A DNA stretch of 64,000 nucleotides from Candidatus Ozemobacteraceae bacterium (lineage in GTDB: Bacteria; Muiribacteriota; Ozemobacteria; Ozemobacterales; Ozemobacteraceae). Every line of letters starts with the position of its first letter. The first letter of the stretch is position 1. A program made the position numbers and the translations under genes. The notes below the pieces were generated by a model. That model saw nothing but the letters and a program-made list of their open reading frames with translations, was not told where the DNA came from and did no database searches. Shown here in pieces: positions 30,339 to 37,652 of this stretch. The stretch lies in NCBI GenBank assembly GCA_965140445.1, contig OZ223236.1:416001-480000 (forward strand), written 5' to 3'.

Positions 30339-31415
30339 TTATTTTATAATCTGTGATTGCCCAAGAGTTATCAGGTTCTGAAACACATCTATGTCAACGA
30401 CTTTTTCATCGGTATAGCGCATAAACAGCTTACCTGCATCATACTCTGAGCTATCTTTATAATTCTCAGGCCTTTTATCTGGTGGCAAAAGGACTTCTTT
30501 AGCCAATCTCTCAGCTAGATTAATTCCAACTCCAGTAGCAAAATAAGCCCAAGCTGGAAATCTAGGATTAATTTCGATTAGATAAATCTTATCTCTATCG
30601 ACTATGCATTCCAGTTCAAATGGCCCTCGCCACTTAAAATCTTCCACAAACTTATTGGCAGCAGCTAACATCCCATCGTGTTTGATAGTAACGCCGGACC
30701 AGATCTTCCCTAAATTGGTAATTGTGGTCTTTTTTATGGCAACCATACCCATGTTTTCACCGTTACCGGAACCTAAACCAATAACATTGTATTCTTCTCC
30801 GGAAACTACCTGTTGAACCAGAATAGGAAATCCCCACTCAGCAGAAATAACATCAAAATTGTAATGGGCTTCTGGATAATTATTTACTTTTGCGGCTTTA
30901 TAATATGGCCCTTTAACCATAACTGGGAAGCCAAAGTTTTCTATGGCCTGGTCAAGCTGCTTAAGGTTAGTTACCGCGACTGTTTTAGGGTATGTTATGC
31001 CAATTCGTTCGGCTACTTCAGTGAGATTTTCTTTTTCTCTAAGTGAAAATAGCTCTTTATCGGGAAGAAAAGTTTTGATCCCTTGTTTTTCAAGGTCACC
31101 CGCATATTGGATGAATAGCGGAAGCTCAGCATCAAGACAGGGTATAACCAGATCAAGCCCAACCATTTTTTTTATTTCTGATAAGCGTTCATTAATGCCC
31201 TGCCATCCCTTGGTTGGAAACGGAAGAATAAAGGAATAATCAATGTATTCGCTGACATAATGTCCAGGGTCATTCACGTCATAACTAAGACCAATGACCC
31301 TTACAGGCAGATCGCTTTCCTTTAAACTTTTGGCCACAGCAAGGCCAGGACCGGGATTATCTGTAGCATTGATTCCACTGACTGCTATTGTATACATTTG
31401 GCCTCCTGTTTTCAT
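30339..31415 (-). CDS. ATP-grasp ligase
   Basis: GFPVMVKG, ILVQQVVSGEE, IEINPRFP. Confidence 0.88.
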   Translation of the reverse strand: MKTGGQMYTIAVSGINATDNPGPGLAVAKSLKESDLPVRVIGLSYDVNDPGHYVSEYIDYSFILPFPTKGWQGINERLSEIKKMVGLDLVIPCLDAELPLFIQYAGDLEKQGIKTFLPDKELFSLREKENLTEVAERIGITYPKTVAVTNLKQLDQAIENFGFPVMVKGPYYKAAKVNNYPEAHYNFDVISAEWGFPILVQQVVSGEEYNVIGLGSGNGENMGMVAIKKTTITNLGKIWSGVTIKHDGMLAAANKFVEDFKWRGPFELECIVDRDKIYLIEINPRFPAWAYFATGVGINLAERLAKEVLLPPDKRPENYKDSSEYDAGKLFMRYTDEKVVDIDVFQNLITLGQSQIIK

Positions 31416-31420
31416 GAGGT

Positions 31421-31660
31421 TTATGAAATAAACCCGTAAACTCTAAGTTTCTCAACGAGTTCAAGTACATCAGTGTAAACCTCTTCAAATGGCATCTCAT
31501 AGTCCGAACTGATTGTTTTTACGATATCTTCAAGTTCCATTTCTTTTTTAATCATTTCAATAATTTCTCTGGCGGTTTGATTTATCGTGTAGCTTTCTCC
31601 AGCAGATGGATCAAAAGCAAAACCAGTATCATTTATTGCCAAACTCATTAATTTGCTCAT
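31421..31660 (-). CDS. PqqD-like (RRE) small protein
   Basis: 79 aa: GFAFDP..GESYTINQTA.EI...L...GFI; AGGAGG SD. Confidence 0.8.
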   Translation of the reverse strand: MSKLMSLAINDTGFAFDPSAGESYTINQTAREIIEMIKKEMELEDIVKTISSDYEMPFEEVYTDVLELVEKLRVYGFIS

Positions 31661-31688
31661 AAGGCCTCCTTGTTTTAGTAGCGCGTTC

Positions 31689-33086
31689 TTAATCTTTTAT
31701 GGTTAATCCCAGGGTCCATTGTCCAGCGTATTTGCTTATTCCTGACTGGCTATATGATTCGAAACGATTTTGCGCATAGCCAAGTTTTAAGTCAAAGCTG
31801 TCGTTTAGAGTGTAGCCAAATTCAAGTCCAAATCCGCCTGTATATCTATCCAGGGCATTATAAGAATAGCTTTTATCGCTCTCGTAGCTTAATCTTTTCC
31901 GGCCTGTCCAGACAAAAGAACTAAAGTTTAAATCTTTAGTGAGATACCTGGTGAATTTAAGCCTGCCTGCAATATTGTTTCCCGAAAAATATGGGTTCCT
32001 GGAATACCTGGTCAAGTAAGTTTTAAATTCAAGAGAATTTCGTGCAGAGAAAGTCCAAAGAACTCTTGGGGAAAGCTGAACTGCATTTGCCGCAGTAAAA
32101 GATGAATAGTCGGCTTCCATAAAAAGCCAGATATTCTTACCGGTTTGTCTTCCAAACTGTAGACTAAAAACATTGCCATTATCGGTTAAAGCATCGTCAT
32201 TATTAAAATGCAGGAAGTCAAAACTAAGGGAGTTTTTTCTGTCAAAAAGTTTAGAAAACCCAAGCGAAAAGGAATTCTCATTGAAAGTGTCATCGCTTGT
32301 CTCAGTAGATCCATAGATAAATCTAAGCTGAGTCCATTTATCAGGTGAATAAAGAACTGCAGCGTTTTTAACAATTTTATCCGGTAGCGAAGCCCCGTAA
32401 TTTATTGGCGTGTAGAAAAAACCAACTTGCGCCTGACTTCCTCTTTCTGCCGTTTGAATGGCATTTTTTAAGATTGCGGATTCCTGCTCGGTTTTACTCC
32501 CCGGCAATAAGTCCAAAAACATTTTTCTGGATTTAGAATATTTGCCTTGTTGAAACAGGCTCCAGCCACGAGTACTATTGAGAACCCTGTTCTGAGGATG
32601 AAGTTGTGCAAGACGAATTTGTTCAGCATATCTACCGCACTCATAAAGAGCTTTAGAATAAGCATTTAAAACAGCCTCATTGGAAGGCAGCATCTTAAAA
32701 AGATAATTACCATAGTTGCACGCTTCCTTATAGCGCTTTTCCGCGCTAAGGCAGTTCATTAACCCCAACGCAGAAGTTACATCTGTGGGGTCTGCTTTAA
32801 TGGCGTTCAGATAGTTAAGTCTTCCAGCACCATAGTCACCCATAAGAAAGCATAGCCAACCAAGCCGCTGATAAAAAACTCCATCTGCAACATAGGTTCT
32901 TCCTTGTTGCCAGACTTCATAAGATTCCATATATCTTCCGGCCTTTTCCAGCCTGAGAGATTCATCGAAATAAGTGTTTGCCAAAGACGCTACTGGTACA
33001 AGACCTACAAGGCTCACCAAAACAATTAAAATTAATATTTTTCTCACCGAAATTTCCCTCAAACTTTTTTTTATTCTCATATTCAT
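31689..33086 (-). CDS. TPR plus outer-membrane beta-barrel-like protein
   Basis: N-terminal TPRs; C-terminal amphipathic aromatic beta-strands. Confidence 0.65.
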   Translation of the reverse strand: MNMRIKKSLREISVRKILILIVLVSLVGLVPVASLANTYFDESLRLEKAGRYMESYEVWQQGRTYVADGVFYQRLGWLCFLMGDYGAGRLNYLNAIKADPTDVTSALGLMNCLSAEKRYKEACNYGNYLFKMLPSNEAVLNAYSKALYECGRYAEQIRLAQLHPQNRVLNSTRGWSLFQQGKYSKSRKMFLDLLPGSKTEQESAILKNAIQTAERGSQAQVGFFYTPINYGASLPDKIVKNAAVLYSPDKWTQLRFIYGSTETSDDTFNENSFSLGFSKLFDRKNSLSFDFLHFNNDDALTDNGNVFSLQFGRQTGKNIWLFMEADYSSFTAANAVQLSPRVLWTFSARNSLEFKTYLTRYSRNPYFSGNNIAGRLKFTRYLTKDLNFSSFVWTGRKRLSYESDKSYSYNALDRYTGGFGLEFGYTLNDSFDLKLGYAQNRFESYSQSGISKYAGQWTLGLTIKD

Positions 33087-33226
33087 TAAATCATATTTAA
33101 CCCCAAAAGTTGCGTCATTAAATGAAAATCGTTTTTAAGTTTTGCAAAGTTTTGTAAAGGTTGCTTTAAAACAGGTATTCAAGCCAGCGTAGAATTTTTG
33201 AAAAAAACAAATCTAAAAAGAAAAAG

Positions 33227-33300
33227 CACACCCGACAGGAGTCGAACCTGTGGCCTTCTGCTCCGGAGGCAGACGCTCTATCCAACTGAGCTACGGGTGC
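33227..33300 (-). tRNA. tRNA-Arg(CCG), CCA not encoded
   Basis: GCACCCGTAGCTCAGTTGGATAGAGCGTCTGCCTCCGGAGCAGAAGGCCACAGGTTCGACTCCTGTCGGGTGTG folds as a cloverleaf with anticodon CCG. Confidence 0.95.
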
Positions 33301-33383
33301 AATTTTGGGTAGATTAACATATGGGAGAATGGTTAGGCAATAGAAGAACGTAAGGAAACTGGGTAAACCAGGGTTTTGATTAT

Positions 33384-33983
33384 TTGACTTTACTCAGTAA
33401 GATAAGAGCATCAACTTTTGCGGAGATATGGAAAATGCCCGATTGGCTTGGAAAACTTTATGTGTATGGCATTTTAATTTTGGGCAGCTTATTTCTTGTT
33501 GAATGGCATTCAGGGCTAATTTCAGCTTATTTTATGGAAAATTCACATATTGCAGCCGAACGGCCGCAAGCGACTAATTTTAAGGATGCGGAAGAAGACC
33601 CTGAATCTATGGTTGCACGCTGGGAAGCGTTATCTCAAAGCAAGGATTATGAAAAATTAGTTGAAGAAACCAGGGGCCGGAATGACAAAATGGCAAGAGC
33701 ATACCGTGCCCTTGCGGTTTTAGAGTCAGGAAAATTTCCATCCCTGCTTCTGGAAACCATACAATTTTTGAATAAAATGGTGAAAGATCCACCATTACCA
33801 AACGACCTGACCCGCAGAATAATTCTTGCTCTCGGTGACCCGGAAGAACCGGGCCCCTCAGCAAAAGAAAACCTTGAAGCATATAAACAAATAATTGCAG
33901 AGCTTCGTATTGCCACGCAGGCTTCCAGCTTAAAAAAATTGGCTGAACTTGAGAAATTGGCTGAGGAAGAAGCAAACAGATAG
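33384..33983 (+). CDS. Membrane-anchored hypothetical protein
   Basis: N-terminal TM helix, helical body; start may be the ATG after GGAG at ~33428. Confidence 0.65.
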   Translation: MTLLSKIRASTFAEIWKMPDWLGKLYVYGILILGSLFLVEWHSGLISAYFMENSHIAAERPQATNFKDAEEDPESMVARWEALSQSKDYEKLVEETRGRNDKMARAYRALAVLESGKFPSLLLETIQFLNKMVKDPPLPNDLTRRIILALGDPEEPGPSAKENLEAYKQIIAELRIATQASSLKKLAELEKLAEEEANR

Positions 33984-34056
33984 GCTTGAATAGTTATATC
34001 TGGGATCCCCAATTCTTTAAAGAACTGGTCGAGGATGACTTTTTTGTAAGATCAAA

Positions 34057-34566
34057 TTATGGAGTCGGCATTCTAACAGCCATTGAATGATCAGCTCTAA
34101 AGGCAGTTCTGCGGTGCCAACTGGATTGGTATATGGGACTTTAGCCTTCATAAATTTTTGTGGTGAAGAAGTTGTGTATCCAGAGCAGGTCCATTACCAA
34201 CTAGCTTGAATGCCTGTAAAGAAATACAAGTTAGCATCGGAAATGGCTTTTGTTCCGTTTGTAACGTTCTGGATACCAATATTTGCCATGGTCCCGGTGA
34301 CTTCACTGCCATCAACCCAGGCTTCTCCAGCTACCGCATCGCCAGAAGAAGTATCAACAACTTCGGTTTTGCCACTGATGCCAAAAAAGGGTTTGCAAAA
34401 CCATTGTGCTGGCTGCCGGGGGTGCCGTCAATCAGACGCTGAAGACACTAATTCAATGGTAAACATTGAATTAGCGTCTAGCGCATCAGGTGGGTTAGTT
34501 TGGTTTTAAAATCTCTGGGTTCCCGCTTTTGCGTGACTGAGGGACGGATCTTTTTGATTTGTTCAT
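34057..34566 (-). pseudogene. Collapsed paralog of the adjacent DUF1566-type genes
   Basis: MNKSKRSV...KPN*, then fragments DANSMFTIE, QRLIDGTPGSQHNGFANP, GISGKTEVVDTSSGDA, WVDGSEVTGTM and YFFTG with stops, frameshifts and large internal deletions. Confidence 0.8.
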
Positions 34567-34669
34567 AATTTTTCCTGCTTAAATCTCTTGATTTGGCCCG
34601 AGGCTTCGACTAAGCTCAAGAGCCGTAATTTTCTGGATGCTGGATAGGTGTGTTGCATGACAGGAAAAA

Positions 34670-36049
34670 TTAGGGATGTCTTAGTCCCATAACAGCGATT
34701 GAAAAGGTTTTGCTGGCACAAGCCTGATAATCGCTTATCTGGTCTGTCAGGTTCCAGGTGTTGCAATCTGGAGTATATTGGCCGACCTGATCAACCGGGC
34801 CACAGCACCAGAATCTCACGTCCGCGTCTTCATAGGGTACCATAGCATAAGAATTTGTGGTGGGAACGTTAGTAAAAAAATAGGTTGATCCGATTCCAAT
34901 TGTTTCCACACCATTTAAGCAGATATCCTTAAATTCCTGTCTGCTGGGTAATCGCCATGTTCCAGGATTAACCGAAGGGCCAATCGTTAAGTTACTTGTG
35001 CTTACTGATCTTTGGTAGTATGTTCCCCGGCTAAAATAACCCCAGTTTTTTAACCAAAGTAATCCTGTTGTTGTATCTGTGACGGTGCCATCACCATTGT
35101 CGCACCAGCGTTTGAGAGGACTATAGGTTTTTGCTGGATCACAGTATCTTCCACCAGCCAGAAAACCAGTAATCTCCTTGCCGTCAACCCATGCTTTTTT
35201 GCCAAACTGAACTGTAGCTGTAGCTGCATCACCAGAAGAAGTATCGACGACATTGCTGTTGCCTTGAACACCAAAAATATTTGCACCTGCTCTGATGTTG
35301 CCTGAGATTAAATCAGGATCACCAGGAACTTTACCAGTGCCATCATGATAGCCCTTGGTTATGGTTATATTGGTGGTATATGGAGTTATATTTTGGCTGC
35401 CAACGTTGGTCATAGAACCTGAAATCTCTGAACCATCGACCCAGGCTTTTTTTCCAGACAGAATTTGGCCTGCTACTGCATCACCAGAGGTTGTGTCAAC
35501 GACTTCGGTTTTGCCATTGACGCCAAAAATGGTTACGCCGGCTTTTATATTGGCTGAAACAAGATCAGCATCAACGGCTGCAAGTGTCGTTGCCGCATAA
35601 TAACCCGCTGCCACGTTATTACTGGCAGCGTTCAGGGTTTGAGTAACCATGGTTCCGGTTTGTTTTCCCCATTTGCCTGAAGTCAGGCCCCAATAGGTCT
35701 TACCTGCCATAATATGCTCAGGATTTGCACCATTGGCATCATCTTTTGCCGGCAGTTTTTCCATTATCTGGTTAACACTATGCATTGTCGAACCGGGTCC
35801 GACCAAAGGGTTGGCAAAACCATTGTGCAGACTTCCGGGAGTGCCATCGATTAGACGCTGATAAACGTTTTCAATGGTAAACATTGAGTTAGCATCCGGT
35901 GCGCTTGGTGGGTTAATATCGCCAGCAAATGCTGACAAACTTATTGAAAGACAAATTCCCAGAGTAATAAAAAATCTGAGGTTTGGTTTTAAAAATTCTG
36001 GATTCCCGCTTTTGTGGGAATAACGGACGAAGCTTTTAGATTTGTTCAT
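34670..36049 (-). CDS. Secreted protein with tail-fibre-like repeats and C-terminal DUF1566 (Lcl-C) domain, copy A
   Basis: DL.S.NI.AG..IFGV.G repeats; DNGDGTVTDTTTGLLW and WRLPS DUF1566 motifs. Confidence 0.8.
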   Translation of the reverse strand: MNKSKSFVRYSHKSGNPEFLKPNLRFFITLGICLSISLSAFAGDINPPSAPDANSMFTIENVYQRLIDGTPGSLHNGFANPLVGPGSTMHSVNQIMEKLPAKDDANGANPEHIMAGKTYWGLTSGKWGKQTGTMVTQTLNAASNNVAAGYYAATTLAAVDADLVSANIKAGVTIFGVNGKTEVVDTTSGDAVAGQILSGKKAWVDGSEISGSMTNVGSQNITPYTTNITITKGYHDGTGKVPGDPDLISGNIRAGANIFGVQGNSNVVDTSSGDAATATVQFGKKAWVDGKEITGFLAGGRYCDPAKTYSPLKRWCDNGDGTVTDTTTGLLWLKNWGYFSRGTYYQRSVSTSNLTIGPSVNPGTWRLPSRQEFKDICLNGVETIGIGSTYFFTNVPTTNSYAMVPYEDADVRFWCCGPVDQVGQYTPDCNTWNLTDQISDYQACASKTFSIAVMGLRHP

Positions 36050-36152
36050 AATTTTTCCTGCTTAAATCTCTTGATTTGGCCCGAGGCTTCGACTAAGCTC
36101 AAGAGCCGTAATTTTCTGGATGCTGGATAGGTGTGTTGCATGACAGGAAAAA

Positions 36153-37532
36153 TTAGGGATGTCTTAGTCCCATAACAGCGATTGAAAAGGTTTTGCTGGC
36201 ACAAGCCTGATAATCGCTTATCTGGTCTGTCAGGTTCCAGGTGTTGCAATCTGGAGGACATTCGCTGACCTGATCAACCGGGCCACAGCACCAGAATCTC
36301 ACGTCCGCGTCTTCATAGGGTATATCAGCATAATAATTTGTGGTGGGAACGTTAGTAAAAAAATAGGTTGATCCGATTCCAATTGTTTCCACACCATTTA
36401 AGCAGATATCCTTAAATTCCTGTCTGCTGGGTAATCGCCATGTTCCAGGATTAACCGAAGGGCCAATCGTTAAGTTACTTGTGCTTACTGATCTTTGGAA
36501 GTATGTTCCCCGGCTAAAATAACCCCAGTTTTTTAACCAAAGTAATCCTGTTGTTGTATCTGTGACGGTCCCATCACCATTGTCGCACCAGCGTTTGAGA
36601 GGACTATAGGTTTTTGCTGGGTCACAGTATCTTCCACCAGCCAGAAAACCAGTAATCTCCTTGCCGTCAACCCATGCTTTTTTGCCAAACTGAACCGTAG
36701 CTGTAGCTGCATCACCAGAAGATGTATTGACGACATTGCTGTTGCCTGAAACACCAAAAATATTTACACCAGCTCTGATGTTGCCTGAGATTAAATCAGC
36801 ATCGCCGGTAACCATCCCAGTGCCGTTGTGATAGCCCTGGGATATGCTGACATTGGTGGTTGATGGGGTTACGTTTTGAGCGCCAACGCTTGTCATTGTG
36901 CCGGTTATTTCTGAACCATCGACCCAGACTTTTTTACCACTGAGAACTTCATTGGCAACCGCATCACCAGAAGTAGTATCAGCAACCTCGGTTTTGCCAC
37001 TGACGCCAAAAATGGTTACGCCGGCTTTTATATTGGCTGAAACAAGATCAGCATCAACGGCTGCAAGTGTCGTTGCCGCATAATAACCCGCTGCCACGTT
37101 ATTACTGGCAGCGTTCAGGGTTTGAGTAACCATGGTTCCGGTTTGTTTTCCCCATTTGCCTGAAGTCAGGCCCCAATAGGTCTTACCTGCCATAATATGC
37201 TCAGGATTTGCACCATTGGCATCATCTTTTGCCGGCAGTTTTTCCATTATCTGGTTAACACTATGCATTGTCGAACCGGGTCCGACCAAAGGGTTGGCAA
37301 AACCATTGTGCTGACTTCCGGGAGTGCCATCGATTAGACGCTGATAAACGTTTTCAATGGTAAACATTGAGTTAGCATCCGGTGCGCTTGGTGGGTTAAT
37401 ATCGCCAGCAAATGCTGACAAACTTATTGAAAGACAAATTCCCAGAGTAATAAAAAATCTGAGGTTTGGTTTTAAAAATTCTGGATTCCCGTTTTTGTGG
37501 TAATGACGGACGAAGCTTTTAGATTTATTCAT
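36153..37532 (-). CDS. Secreted DUF1566-domain protein, copy B (tandem duplicate, offset 1483 bp)
   Basis: Same 459-aa length, near-identical to copy A. Confidence 0.8.
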   Translation of the reverse strand: MNKSKSFVRHYHKNGNPEFLKPNLRFFITLGICLSISLSAFAGDINPPSAPDANSMFTIENVYQRLIDGTPGSQHNGFANPLVGPGSTMHSVNQIMEKLPAKDDANGANPEHIMAGKTYWGLTSGKWGKQTGTMVTQTLNAASNNVAAGYYAATTLAAVDADLVSANIKAGVTIFGVSGKTEVADTTSGDAVANEVLSGKKVWVDGSEITGTMTSVGAQNVTPSTTNVSISQGYHNGTGMVTGDADLISGNIRAGVNIFGVSGNSNVVNTSSGDAATATVQFGKKAWVDGKEITGFLAGGRYCDPAKTYSPLKRWCDNGDGTVTDTTTGLLWLKNWGYFSRGTYFQRSVSTSNLTIGPSVNPGTWRLPSRQEFKDICLNGVETIGIGSTYFFTNVPTTNYYADIPYEDADVRFWCCGPVDQVSECPPDCNTWNLTDQISDYQACASKTFSIAVMGLRHP

Positions 37533-37596
37533 AATTTTTATCCTTTCTTTAGAAGCGGTTCTTATCTATTGGCAAAATCTTTCAGTATCCGAACTC

Positions 37597-37649
37597 TGAG
37601 CTTGTCAAAGGGGCGATCGTTTCTCGTCATTTCGACAAGTTCAATGACC
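37597..37649. repeat. REP-like inverted pair (ctgagcttgtcaaag...tttcgacaagttca)
   Basis: Imperfect inverted repeat; related motif cttcgactaagctca at ~34605 and ~36088. Confidence 0.55.
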
Positions 37650-37652
37650 GCC

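Noticed and set aside
33227..33300. Integrative island at tRNA-Arg
   Set aside because: No integrase and no duplicated tRNA 3' end noticed in the window
34563..36261. Short ORFs 34563-34766 and 36046-36261
   Set aside because: Out-of-frame overlaps of the DUF1566 3' ends; identical only because of the duplication
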